DNA from: Enoplolaimus lenunculus
Lineage: Eukaryota
NCBI GenBank assembly: GCA_030248215.1
Contig: JASANG010003711.1
Location: 248,001 to 312,000, forward strand
DNA length: 64,000 nucleotides
Direction: 5' to 3'
This document shows, one piece after another, positions 39,401-52,648 of the stretch. Made by a program: the position numbers and the translations under genes. Below the pieces are notes generated by a model. The model saw nothing but the letters and a program-made list of their open reading frames with translations, searched no databases and had not been told where the DNA came from. Each line of letters opens with the position of its first letter. Position 1 is the stretch's first letter.

Positions 39401-39443
39401 GGGGTGTGCAGTTACCTCCTCGGAGCTGACATTGATTAACTGA
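30488..39443 (+). CDS. DEGS1: Sphingolipid delta(4)-desaturase / C4-hydroxylase (DEGS1/DEGS2 family), about 390 aa, 8 exons
   Basis: Exons 30488-30581, 30885-30989, 34422-34546, 35309-35402, 35875-36029, 36902-37084, 38803-38907 and 39132-39443 are GT-AG with consistent phases (1173 nt). N-terminal [27 protein letters not shown] matches the DEGS lipid-desaturase N-domain. His boxes are HDANH, HHFHH and [18 protein letters not shown] and [24 protein letters not shown] are typical DEGS motifs. Confidence 0.92.
32060..32520. repeat. Degenerate 19-21-bp minisatellite
   Basis: Consensus about AAATTCAAATTTTGGCGGGAA, roughly 20 copies, in DEGS intron 2. Confidence 0.9.
33587..33954. mobile_element. 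hAT-type MITE family A with a different internal sequence
   Basis: Same TIRs; 8-bp TSD GCACCAAC; lies in DEGS intron 2. Confidence 0.9.
38288..38487. mobile_element. MITE carrying internal (GCCTAA/TTAGGC)n repeats, representative copy
   Basis: Imperfect TIR of consensus GGCCNATGTATAGAACAGGGCCGGA. Related copies at about 4107-4285, 8575-8718, 27874-28040, 34145-34332, 34615-34790, 59240-59364, 60422-60642 and 62555-62661. Confidence 0.8.
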
Positions 39444-39660
39444 GGCTTTATTGGCCAAAAGCATGACGATTTGTGTACGACAAATGCGGGCGATATTTGC
39501 TACATGGATACACAAATATATACTAAGTTTTCGGACGGGTATTTCAATAGCAATAAATCTGAGCTTGCTTACATGAAAAGTCTTGGTGATTATGAGCGAT
39601 ATAGGATACGTAAGTATCTCGAGTGGTGTACAAATAAACGAAAAATTAATTTATCTTGGG

Positions 39661-40068
39661 CAGGGTGCAACCGGAATTATAAAATACCGGAACCGAAATC
39701 GGAAAGTTATAAAAAAACCAGAACCGGAAAATAAAAAATATTTGTTACTGAAAAATTCATTTTTAAGCCTTTTATCGCTTTTTTAATGCTGTAAACATTC
39801 GATTTAGAATGCCAAAATTCTGAAACAAACGCAGTAGGTGGAAACATATTATGATGTGTGGCACAAATTGAAAATTTTTGCAATACACGCTAGGACAATT
39901 TTAGATAAAAGTTCGAATAATATGCCAATTTTCCTTAAATTTAACGAATGAGAAATAAACCGAAAATACCGGAAAATTCCGGTGAGAAAATACCGGTTTT
40001 CTTACAGGAACGGGATAGTGAAAATTACCGGATTTCCCTACCGGAACCGGAATTCCGGTTGCACCCTG
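39661..40068. mobile_element. hAT-type MITE family B
   Basis: TIR CAGGGTGCAACCGGAATT; 8-bp TSD ATCTTGGG; just downstream of the DEGS stop. Confidence 0.9.
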
Positions 40069-40354
40069 ATCTTGGGGTGTTTTCCTGATGTTAACAGTTA
40101 CACATCAAAACCTAAACCCCACCATTTTATAGTAGGTGTTCTTAAAACAATATAGCGATCGTAGCGGAACTAATTAAAGATTGCTGAACCATTAACTTTT
40201 AAGAATCACGGCATGGGATGAATGAAATAAACAACTCTATTCTTGGAATTTTTTTGCTTTTGTAGATTATACAAACAATAAGTGATGATACGAAGACATT
40301 AGCAACAAATGAAAAGCAAAAATGACGATTGATGATCAATCGTACCTAATCACA

Positions 40355-40564
40355 CACTGCAAAAAATGGTGAGTCAAATTAACTCTCTCCGAAATAGGCT
40401 CTACGGGACTACACAAACTGAGCCAAATTCGACTCCAATAGAATCAAATTTGACTCGCTAAATCGCACGTTTGACTGTGGCGGAGCCGAATTTTGACTGA
40501 GTTTGTGTAGTCCCGTAGAGCCTATTTCGGAGGGAGTCAATTTGACTCACCATTTTTTGCAGTG
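40355..40564. mobile_element. CACT..AGTG (CMC/CACTA-like) palindromic MITE
   Basis: TIRs of about 65 bp starting CACTGCAAAAAATGGTGAGTCAAATT; 2-bp TSD CA. Confidence 0.85.
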
Positions 40565-42235
40565 CATCCAGTCATCATTTTTTTATTACAATCATATGTC
40601 ACCAATTCATTCGTGTAATAAACTGGCCCGTATACATTTGAATGATTTACAACATGAACAGATATGACTGAGAAAAATGAATGTCGTTTTTTGTACTTAT
40701 TTCCAAAGCAAATGTTTTATTATATCAAACATTTTTAGACTGGTGCTATCCTGCTATCAATTGCAATGCAACTGAACGTCTGCTTCAGGATTCGGCAGAA
40801 AATCGACCTACGGCTCAGGCAGTTTTTACTCGAGGTTCAGGCAAATTGCGCGGGTATTTTTCCGCATTTATAAAAACTATGCTGTTCACTGAGGTTGGTT
40901 GTAATTTCAGAGCGATTCTGAAATTCAATTGCTCAGATTTCTGAAAAAGATAAGATTTTTTAAACTTTGCAGGTTATTGTTGACTTCCGAATCAAAACAT
41001 CAACATTGGTAGCGAATCTCGTTTCACCTCCGGTTTATATGCTCCAGCAAAATTTTTTAGCTCAGGTTTATTCCAACTGCGGTGCGCCCAGAATGCTACT
41101 ATTTGTATGTTTGGAAAATTTTCTACCGAAATTGTCTTAACCTGGAGGCACGGCTATGGTTGTGGACCTGGTAATCACAACCAGGAGCGCAGGACGTCAA
41201 GTTATGGGCAGCTGCAAAGCTGTCTGTATTTGCTCGAAAATAAACGTAACAGCTACATTATATTTACTACCATTCAAAAGCACAATTTTATATACTAACA
41301 CAAAATGAATTGCGCTTGTGTACTGTAAAATACGGGGGTTGAAGGTCTTGAAATACTTACACAATTCACATTTCTTACGTAAATCTTTGCTAAAAATCGG
41401 CAGAATTCCTAGTATCTTACTATTTTCCTTTATATCCTACACCTTTGACGAGATTATGTAAAATATTACTCTAGTTCTCAATAACATCAAACAAATTATA
41501 AATTTAGCGGAGGCAGGGCAGTTAATTTTTACTGAGCACTATTGTTTAATTTGTTAACCCTAAAACTAAACCATAGCCTAACTCCATGGCGATAGCGTCT
41601 GGAAGGGGTTCATTTTGTGGGACGGGGAATAAAATTATCAACTTTGACAGTAACGCACCAGCCAAATCAAGCACAAGGTGCTCCCGGCACCATCGTAGTC
41701 CGCATATCATGAAACAATATATACTGTTTTCGAACGGGCGATTACCGGTTTATCACACAATTATACATAGCAGAACAACACAGGACTAACAACTTTGCAT
41801 AACTGAATGGAAACAAAAGTTCATATCATACACAATAAAGCAAATAATTTATGTGTTCCAAATACACTTGAGCAGAATTTCCCCAAAAAATTGTTCAGAC
41901 TTACTGTTAATCACATGACATACCCTTAAATTTTATTGTCACCTCCAAAGCCTGTCGGCTTTAGATTTCACCTTGATGTGGTACAACTATTATGTTTAAT
42001 GTCATTACATAAAACCACCTGTTGTAACAGCGCCCGTCAGCAAAATTATGGAAAGTAACAGGTAATAGAAATTGCCACAACAGCATTTGAGTTGGGTTTA
42101 CAAATAAGCTAACCAACTGCTACGCGTACAGACATTATGTGAGTGCTAGTAATATTCATATTGAATGTGAACCATACATGAAGTAGCAACAATGTAGTAT
42201 GAACCTAACCGAAATGTTATCCAAAAGCATGAAAT

Positions 42236-43220
42236 CAGGGTGCAACGGGAAAATGAAAAAGGCATATCGAAAAATTTATTTTAATTTTTTTTCCAATATT
42301 ATTGGTGAAATTAACTTAGTTGAAGATAGGTATTCACTTATCTGCTGATTTTAGATTTTCATAACCTACAAAAGCGAACTCTACGTTTGATGGTTTGCTG
42401 TCGGCGATTGTCAAGGTTTATTGAGCGAAGCGAAACTCCGAGCGAAGCTCGGAGTTTCGCGAAGCGTTTTATGTTTTTCTTGGGGGTCGAAAGGTGGATG
42501 TCCGTCCGTCTGTCCGTCCGAAAAGAATCTCAGGAACGGCTGAACCAATTTTGATAAACTTTTTTTGTTTGAAAGCCAATTATCCTGGGGTGTTAACCTC
42601 GCATTGGGGTTTTAAAATTTTAAGCAGTTTTTTAGCTACAGGCTAATTTATATAATTAAGCCTAAATTATGACTTTCCACAATATTTCACTAATTATTAC
42701 AGTTAGAAGCAATCTAATTTAGCATTAAAGGGTTTTTTGGTGCGAGGAATCTGCGTAGACTGTTAACAAACCGCCAAAACCGATAATTGAGCAGTTGACT
42801 AATAGATAATTTGAATATTAGCAGTTTATAAGCCTTAATTAGAACTTTTTACAATATTTCACTAATTATTAAGATTAAAAGCTATATAATTTCAGCACTA
42901 CAGGGTTTTTAGGTGCGAGGAATCTGAGTAAATAGTTTACAAACCTCCAAAACCGATAACTGAATAGTTAGCTAACAACTAATTTGCATATTACCTTAAT
43001 TGCTTACGTGTGTTCGAGCTTCGCTCAATAAATGTAGTCCCACTACGACTGGTATATGATAAATGCCAATGAAATTTATTTAATATTTACCATCATTTTT
43101 TAGTAAAATATCTTAAATTAGACCGACTAAAATTTAATACCAGAATTTTTCATTCCGGTAAAAATTTAGCGGAATCGGAAGGTGAAAAAATGCCGGAACC
43201 GGAATTCCGGTTGCACGCTG
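42236..43220. mobile_element. hAT-type MITE family B (older) hosting a nested HINE
   Basis: CAGGGTGCAAC ... GTTGCACGCTG with near-TSD CATGAAAT/CATAAAAT. Confidence 0.8.
42417..43055 (+). mobile_element. Helentron-associated interspersed element (HINE / DINE-1-like)
   Basis: 15-bp subterminal inverted repeats TTTATTGAGCGAAGC (42417) / GCTTCGCTCAATAAA (43018-43032), 5' hairpin AACTCCGAGCGAAGCTCGGAGTT, GTCC-type microsatellite, internal repeats of about 180 bp, and 3' stem-loop GTAGT-CCC-ACTAC. Confidence 0.8.
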
Positions 43221-45616
43221 CATAAAATATATACTTACTAGAGCATAGATCCGGTTTCAATTTCGATTCACTGGTTTCGAAAACAACTTGATTGTTTTTA
43301 CGATAAGGTGTGATGGCTGATATCTGAGGTGGTTTCCGAATCGTAAGGCTTTGCTTATTCTAAAGCCTGTTTTCGAATAGTAGCGTTATTATAATCTATT
43401 ATGTGTTACGTATAGTAAAGCTCCAAACATCCACCACAGATTTTAAGTCCAGTGCAAATCATGTCGCTTCAAAGCCACAATTACGGTGTTTTGCGGTATT
43501 TAACAGGATGCAAACAAAATTCCGAATCTTGACACAATTGAAAATCACATGGTTTATAATTGTGTTAAACTGGACAAATCATCACTCATTATCAGATCAA
43601 TATTGTGTTTCATGCAATCGAAATCTTCGAAAACTTTGCTTTGCTTCAGTATAAGTCACATTTCATGCGATCACCAAATTCCTAGTTCCAGTTCTGACAA
43701 AACTTCAATTACAAGTTTGTTGTTCCAATTCCGCCACCGCTTTTGATCGGACATAGGTTTGCATGTGCGTATTACCGATCAAGTATACACATTTCAATTT
43801 GATAGTTCTACGTACATAACAAACAGAGTCCCCAAAGAGCTTGACGGTTGAACATAATTTTCTCCGCAACTGCCTTGCCGAATACGAGTAATAACATTAA
43901 CATTATATACGTGTATATTCAAAATTAATTAATACAATGCGAAAATTATGGTTCGAAAATCAATTTAATCACCTCATAGATAGGGTCCCAACAGACCCAA
44001 ACCTCTGACAATGGATAAATCAAAACACGTCAAACTCACTGAGGCTGAACAACAAATATATTGTATACGTAGAGAGTTTATCGTTCATTATGGTTTGGTA
44101 TGTCAAGCAAAACATACAAACGACTAAAACATTTTACAGATTACCTAAACGTCAACATATTATTTCCGTAGTTACGCAATCAAAATTTTCCCAGCGCAAC
44201 AACTACTGCCGTTAGAAAGTTTCATGTATTCGATTTGCTGAAACAAGTTTATATGACACCAAACCCGCTAAAATATAGTATAAAATTTAAAGCTTGGAGA
44301 ACCACACGTAAAACTTCCTGTGAATGTCGGATATCTCGACCGTGTTGTTTTATTTAATTGTTTTGGAAGCAGAAGCAACTTGTGAAGTTAGCATAAACGC
44401 AAATAATTAAGACGTATTACACAGGTAGCCACGGCAACACGACAACACTGGGTGGGTGAAATAACATAATAAATATTACATAGATTAGATTGTTATAAGA
44501 AACCATCGTTATACATGTCTCAACTTAACCAACTCTGCCAAACAATACTCATTTTATGTTAGAAAAAATTTGTAGCAAATACGTTGCGGACAAAAAATAT
44601 ACATTTCAATCGTTAAATTGTTAATCAAAGATGAAAATTACCGCCGCAACTTTACTACTATCAGACATAAACGCTTGCGGTCGGTTACAGTTAAAATATT
44701 GCCACATGCTAATCAAAACTAATACAATGCGATGTGTTAAAGTCTACAGAAAATTTTGTTATTCGAAGGATTGATAGCTTTCACCAATTTTGGCTGAAAA
44801 TTCATAACATGTACCAAAAATTGGCTGAAGAATCATAATTTAAAAAAATAAAACATCGTTGTGCATACATAACGAAAATTGTAGCAGAATCCTGAATTCG
44901 ACAAAAGATGGACTTAGGACCAGAGCCAAAATTTGCAAACAGCTTCCGAAAATGGCCTAGTCTGTTCAAACGAAATTTATTGGGATTTTCAAATTCGAAT
45001 CCGAAGAAGTGTAACGAAACTATGGTCATAAACACGGCTTCTGCAGAAACTAGATTAACGAGGGACAGTTACTGAAAACCAATGTTTCAAAATTTTAGTA
45101 AAAAGTGAGAAAGATACACATACTTCAATTTTAGTTTAGTTTCAGAATACTGCTGCAACAGAACAGCATTAGTTAAGAAATGTATATATATATAATTGAT
45201 TAATTTGATAGAAAATAGAAAAGATAAATTAAGACAAATGCTACTTAAATACACGCCTTTGACATTCACTGTACGGGCCAAGGATATTTATCATGACGCT
45301 GGTAATATTTTATTCTTTCAACATAAATAGATATTTCAATCAGTGTCGGTTTTTAAAATACACAGATCATCGGCATCTCGGTGAACCATAATCATCTGCG
45401 GATTTTTCAGAATACAACACACCGCATATAATTTGTTTTGATAAATTTCGCAGTGCGTATATCACAGTATTAATAAATTATTTAAATACTTTTCAGGAGC
45501 AAAATCGCCGATTGACAGGTAGCACATGTTGCATTAACGTTTTTGAAGTAAAGCGTTTAAACTTTTTCAGCAGTTTGAAAGTACCCTGGAAATACGAGGT
45601 ACACAGAACGTCCGTG

Positions 45617-48592
45617 TCACACGTCCATAGAGCATTCTTTCGAACCCGTTAAGGATGCAGTAGCAGCATTTGTCACACCTGCTGATAAGCTATCGTCTGC
45701 TTCTTCTGCCAACGCTGCTGCCTCTTCTTCCATTAGCCGTTTTGCAAGTTTGATGTGAGCTGCTTCGTTGTAATGCGCTTTGCGTTTCATTTCGAATGCT
45801 TTTTTCTTTTCTTAAACAAAAAAATAACCTGTTTTCATAAGTAATAAGTCTATTTTACAAAGCGCTAAGCACATTTTGATTCAAATCACAACAAAACAGA
45901 AATACTGTTAGCTTCAACGTTTCAAACTATTTATGACGGCTATGCAATAAATACACTTGAGCAGTACGTACTTATTTGTGAACTATGCAGACATAAAATT
46001 ACAAAGTTGGCATTTTAAATCATTGGGCTCACACAGATCACGTTTAAAGGAGCGGCAAATAAAAATTATTTCGAACACTATTTGGTTAAGCCACTAAATT
46101 TATTGCTGTTTTATAGCAATGAATAAACCATTTGTATAGCAAAGCATGTACGCATTTTACTTACGTTTTTGTTCGTCACTTTCATTTTCCTCGGTTTCAC
46201 TGTCAGAACCGCCAGCAAACTCTCGAGTATTATGTGCATGAGCTTCTTCTTGTGAAAGCCTGAACAAGTAAAAACATGATACAAATAATGTAAAGCCGGA
46301 AGAAATGAAAAGCGTTCGAAATCTTATCACTTTTTGCGAAAAAAGTATAACCTATTGGCAAAATTAAACACAGGGCAAATATTACAGAATAATAACTTAA
46401 GCAGCTAGCGGTTTAGTTTGGCATGGCATTTTGGTTCACCAGTTAAGTTCGCTAACAGTGATTTGCAGATGAGGACTAGTCGTGAAAACTCAAAAACAGG
46501 CCGCTCGTAATACGCCATCCAAAGAAACTATATTTTAACGGAACAACAGGAATTCAATTATTGACAGAAAAGGAACAGAAGCAAGAATATAAAATAATTA
46601 TCATCACCAACGCGATTATATCATTTTGATTAAATTCACAAAATCACACATCACCAAGGTATTGCAACCAGGAATGTGCGGTCTCGTTCAAAACCGAGAC
46701 CCGACAATCTAGACTGGTTGGTCTGGGTCTCGGTTATATGTTGACCGTTAAAATAAAATTTTTTCGTCCAAAAGTTTTTAATGTTTTTCGTACTTCTGTG
46801 TCATTCCAGCATAATAAAATGTTGAATATGCTCAAAATTTAGAATATTTAACACAAAAATTACCGCAAAATCTTATTTTTTCAACTGGAATTGTAATTCA
46901 CTATTCAGGCACATGGCCAGCCAATTGACAGTTTGATTACATATACGTACGTACCGCTTGCTAATTTCTTTGCAGTCAATTTTGGGTTTCCGCTCAGACA
47001 ACGATACACGACGAACACGTTCGCTTGGAGGATGGTCTTCAGCTTCGCTGTCACTTTGATAGTTAAACGGGGTCTTTGGTTCCTTAAACACAAAAATCTA
47101 AATCATTGTTCCAAATGAAAGTATTATGTAATTATGTAAGTATTTCTGTCACTTCAATATATCGTTGGCGGTTCCAGGATTTTTCTTGGGAGAAGGAGTG
47201 GTTGCGTGCTCTTATATTTTATTTTTGAAATTTTAGACTACATAATAAAATTGCAATTACTATATTCTTGTCCTAAAACTTTAACTTTGTGAAAAATTAC
47301 GGAGGGGGGCAAACGGCCTCCGGTCTTTTTGACAGCCCCAGATTTATACGTAATCTTGCATAAAAACGGCTTCACATAACTACAATTTGAGTGTTACCTG
47401 TGTCAATGTGCTCCAGAAATCGATATAGATACCCTGATTTTCCGATACCGGCACTGAGATATATATCGTTTCAATACTATCATCATTAAACTCACGTCAA
47501 TTTTCATATGTCCATACTCTTTGTCAACAGGATGCAATGTAGCCATAATATTCATTTCATCAAAATGAGCTCGATCATCTTTATTTGCAGCAGGAGCTTG
47601 ACCGCTGAAACGCAATGTTTATGTGCATAACGCATAATATGGATGGACAAATAACTAAGATTTTCTTTGTACCACTATATATAGGTGTACCGACAAATTC
47701 TTGTTGGTAGCAGATTGCTATGTATACGCACGTATAGCTGGACATTATATGCAATGATCAACAAACTGACAAGAAGCTTTGGACTAAATAACAATTAGCG
47801 TATTGAACCGGGAACAAAAAGAGTTTGAGGGTTTTCGCCTAGTAGGGTATCCATATCCATTATACAACTCGCAATTCCATTATACATCTATATAAGAGAT
47901 GCCTCAATATTAACACGTTATTTTCCGGCGCGTAACTGGGGCCAATTTTATATACAATCCTTAATTGACTAATTCTGGCCCCGGACTACCTCTTATATAT
48001 ACGTACGTAATAAATATTGCGTACCACTTGGTCAAACCGTTCGTTAGCCTCTTACTCACAAGTTGAAAGAATCCTCCGCGCAAGAATCATCATTTTTTGT
48101 ATATATTAATTCCAGTACAAAGCCTTAATTTGAACTGCGACCATTTGAATAATTACATTGAAATAGATCATTTTATTCCAGAAACTTTGTATACGTAATA
48201 GCCGGACAGGGAATTTTTGTTTTAAAAAAATCCAATAAGGACCCGGACTCGGATATTTTCAAGGTCAAAACCAGGACGTAGAAGTCTAAACCGGGATTCG
48301 TATGCAACTCTATTACCAAACAATCTATGCGTTAGGCATAAGCGGCTCATGCAATGCCTTACCCAGTGCTAATTTTACGTCCAGCCTGTTGTAAATCGTT
48401 ATTGCTGTGGTCTAGCGAAGAAGATGATTTGAGTATGCCTTTCTTTGGTCGTTTCTTTAATATTTCCGCGGCATGTTGCCGCACTTCTTCGGGCGGAACG
48501 ATATCTTCTTCATCTAGCTCTTCAGAAGTTCCTGGCTGATCACCACCGCTATGACATACTTCTACTGCAATATCCGGTTCGATAGTAGTCAT
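45617..48592 (-). CDS. PPP1R2: Protein phosphatase 1 regulatory subunit 2 (inhibitor-2), about 251 aa, 5 exons
   Basis: Exons 48592-48363, 47604-47496, 47082-46955, 46259-46165 and 45810-45617 are GT-AG with consistent phases (756 nt). Inhibitor-2 motifs: [36 protein letters not shown] (PxTP site) and [11 protein letters not shown]. Confidence 0.95.
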
Positions 48593-49694
48593 TATAATAC
48601 GTATAATACAGCTACCATATAAATTTCTATTACATAATCAAGTTGTCACATACATACTTCCGCCCAAGGCTAATAGGTATATATTTGAGCAATCTCTCTC
48701 CAATATCGAACCTGCTGAACAACTGACTAAGCTTATATTTCCAATATCTGTGGGCAAAATTCTCAACTTAGAGAACGATATACGCACGTACTAACCCGTG
48801 ACAAAGCGAGATTTTTAACATGTTAGAGGACAATAATTGCATTACATGTTATTGGAAAAAAAGAAAAAATTATTATTTTTAAAAATGCACAGTTCAATAA
48901 AGCATTTCCGACATATTGCAATCGTACGACCTGACCAACTTGTATCTCGTGGTTGTTCAACGATGCTGACAATTCAAACGCTCCGCAAGTCTGGCCTTTT
49001 TACTACTTAATATAGTCTGAAGTAGCTGACATTTTATACAGACAAATTGTGACTACATCTCATGCACCAAGGCCTGCAGCCACTGTGAACATGTTGATGT
49101 CATGCTGATACTGCACATCGGTTAAAACACTGATGCATATGTAGTGCCTTCATATGCAGCAGCAGGAAAACATGAAAGAACCAAGATACATGTGTATGGT
49201 TTAAGTACAGGTTGTTATAGGCATAAAAACAGAAAAACACAGCAGTTGAGTGCGAGACTGAGACAACTCACTTTCAGGGGAGGGGGCTAAACATTTTCAG
49301 AAGAGGTATAGGGGCATACAAGGGTTTCCGAAAAGTTACAAGCAAGGTTGAAAATTTTCCAGCGGGCAAAATTCTTCCAGGGGTTGTCAGAACTGCACGG
49401 TCGGGACGACACCTTTCCTCGAAGTACCGCGAATATACATGATTTTTTTCTCTAAATTTCACTGACAGAAATGTCTACGCCGGGGATGGCACCTCGGACC
49501 TCTCGCTCGCGAGACCAGTCAAGCGCGCTGCGCATTACAGTACCCGGTCAATGTTCTAATTTTCTCTAACGCTATATGTGCACTTGTATGTATGTTTTAT
49601 ATTACACGCATTATGCACATATGCTACATACACGTATGCAACAAGGGTGACCGGGAGCCCCCTCTAACTACGGCACGTATAGACCCGATATATA

Positions 49695-50102
49695 TGTAAG
49701 CATGTGAAACATGCTTGTCCGTTATGTGCACATGCAATATAATGCAGTGCACTGTATGTATGCTAGGTGTCAGCAGATGGTCGACACATATAGTCGACGA
49801 ATAATGCAGTTGGAGGCGGGCTGCGTAGCGTAATGGTAGAGTATGTGCTTAAGATCCCCGCTCCGGAGGTGCGCTTTTGCAGTTGCTTAGTAGAAATTGT
49901 GATTTCCCAGTTCCAACCTAGACTGACATGGGGGCTACGCCATGAGCGCAATGGTAAGTTGCCGCGCTTTGAACACGTTATCCAAAAGGTAGATTTTTCG
50001 CTTAAGGATTCGTATGCTGAGAGTTCGATCCCCGCTTAGAGGACCGCTTTTCCAGCTGCTTAGTTCAAAGGTCTAAAGTCCCGGTTCCTACCCAAACTGA
50101 CA
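49695..50102 (+). mobile_element. Older, internally deleted copy of the same tRNA-bearing TRIM
   Basis: Starts TGTAAGCATGTGAAACATGCTTGTCCG. LTR1 ends GACTGACA at 49928, then PBS TGGGGGCTACGCC. The truncated 3' LTR has B-box GAGTTCGATCC and ends CTGACA at 50102. Flanks are ATATA/ATACA (near-TSD). Confidence 0.85.
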
Positions 50103-51629
50103 ATACACTAGACAATGGGACGAGCAGTCAACAAACGACCAGGTTAACATTTGAGGGTTATAAGCAGTCATACAAAAATTAACTTCTCAATTTACATAGG
50201 TAATATCACCATCACGCAAGGTACTGCGTTGTGAATGCGAAGAGAAATGGCACTGTGTAATAAGTTTGGTAGACTAGGGTGCGACAGTTTTTCAGTTTTT
50301 GGTTCTTAGCAGCTGAAAATGAGGGACGCTCCCAATAGTTATGAACTCGTTCGACAGATTTTTCAGTCCAGCGCACTATCCACTAAGCCACGCCGCCTCA
50401 CAATTAAGTGCTCAGTTTTTCTGTTTTTATGCCTTATAAGAACCCCAACATTATACACATGTATCTTGGTTCTTCCATGTTTTACTGCTGCTGCAGCCCG
50501 CCAACTTACTAACCACGCATTTATAATAACTGACATACTGCAGGCAGCCTGTTGACTGAAACTGATCAATTGGCTCATGAGCATGCAACCTTTTGCGTCT
50601 TGTTTACAAAACTACTTCTGATTTTTATTAATTTCATACAATACAACGTACTAGCTATGTAAGGCAATATGTGCCACAACGTAATAGGTTAACATAGGTC
50701 ATGACGCCTGGGTTTCAGAGACATGACTTAAGTGGACCTCTTTTGACTGCAGTCAATATTGACCGAAAGTGCGAAGTGTCTTCTATTAAAGCTAGGAATT
50801 CGTCTTAAGTCATGTTTTTGCAAAGCTTCGATTGAGTTGTTGCAGAAAGATGAGTTTAATGGATCATCCACGTTAATGTTTCCTGGGATGTAAAAAATTG
50901 TCCATTCGCATAAATAGACTACGGTGCAAAACCGCACTGTATTATGAAACAAGGAGTAATGCAAAAGATGTGCTCTATCACAGTACAACTTGTCCTCAGT
51001 GTTTAGAAAGGATGTGGTTACAATAATCACACCATTTTTTACAAAGTGGAGAAATCGAAACACAATGAAAGCACACATATCTAACACATATTTGCAACAT
51101 ACATAAATTTAGACACTTTTATTTGTCTCCGTGGTTTTCAAATGATTTGAGGACACATCAAATATTTCACAAGCAAAGTGTGCCTTGAAGAAGTGGGACC
51201 CCCAAAAAGGAGATACATTTTTATCTCTGTGTAGATATTGCATACAAGAGGCTAGCGTAAGCCTAAAATTTTATACATGATCTAAATCTACGTTTGTTTA
51301 ATGCCTATTTATAAAGCCTCGGCTTAAGCCTTAGCCAATGCTATTTGCAATCTAATCTACGCTTATACCAAAGCCTGCACACAAAAAAGTATTTCAGAAT
51401 TTATTCAGAAAAGTGTTTTCTGCGGCAAATCTGAAAAGTTTTGCTGATATTTAAGACAATTTTTCTAAAAATAACTGGAAAACGTTTATTTTCAGACTTT
51501 ATTTCAAAACGTTTTCTGAAAAAATTTCTGTTATAACAGAAATACTTTTCAAGTGCACCTTGCTAATCATATTTCTCAAATGTAAGAAATTTTTTCTTAA
51601 ATAGCAGAAATATTATTTTGAGTGTGCAC

Positions 51630-51990
51630 CTTAAACCCCACCCTAAGCCGAAGCCCATGCCTATTAAACCTAAGCCTAAGTCCATGCAAAGATTTAGCCC
51701 AATAGACATTTAAGATTTAATCTATGCTTAGACCAATTACTAAAGCCTCAGCGTATAAGCCGAAACCATGCCTAAGCCTAAGCCTAAGCCTAGCCGTAGC
51801 CTAAGCTCAAAGCCTAAGTCTAAGACTAAGGCACCTGTAAAATGCATATCTAAACTTACACCAGATGTTACGGATAAACACCTAATTCTAAACATAAAAG
51901 CCTAAAGACGGAGACTTGCACATTCCTAAATTTGCATTTTGAGCCAAACGATTGCGTAATCCTAAATCTAAGTCTAAGCCTAAGTCCAAG
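51630..51990. repeat. Degenerate interstitial (GCCTAA)n telomere-like tract
   Basis: Runs such as CCTAAGCCTAAGCCTAAGCCTAGCC at about 51770-51830. Confidence 0.75.
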
Positions 51991-52576
51991 GAATTGCTTG
52001 CAATGAATTTTATTGAAATCACAAAATCCCAACATCCCTAAATCCCAAAATCCCACCACAAACAAAATCTTTTAAATTTTTTAGTTGGGACGGTGGATTT
52101 CCGGACGGCTTTTTGCAGTAAGAGAAGTAACTTGACCCACAAGCAGATTGCTTACAGCGTAAAACATACGAATCTAAAAACAGTTTAAATATGCAACTGC
52201 TTCAATAGTGTTGGGTATTCGGTTTAGAAGATTGCTACTGACTAATGAATACTTGCGTTGGTCACCTGAAATTGAATTGATTTGGGTTTTCTCTGATTCT
52301 GTTGCGTAGCGCATGTTAAAAATAAATAACAGTCCGTTACCGAATAACAGGGGGTACCCTCTGAAGAGGCCAAATAAATATCAGCCCCCTATTATTCTGT
52401 CCATGCAAATTATTCCAAAAAATTTTTTTACACAATAGCATTTCGGATATCCGGCAGATATCCGGATACACGTTTCTTTTCGGATACATATCCGGACATT
52501 TTTTCATATTTGGATATATAGATAATCCTGAGTTAAGCAGTAGGTACCATATAGAGCCCTTCACGAAAATTTTGCT

Positions 52577-52648
52577 GCGGAAGCGGTGGGGTTTGAACCC
52601 ACGTACGGATTACCGATCCGCTCCTCCAACCACCGAGCTACACAGCCA
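52577..52648 (-). pseudogene. tRNA-derived sequence (pseudo-tRNA or SINE head)
   Basis: Minus strand GGCTGTG-TAGCTCGGGTGG (A-box) ... GGGTTCAAACCCC (B-box/T-arm); acceptor stem does not pair. Confidence 0.55.
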
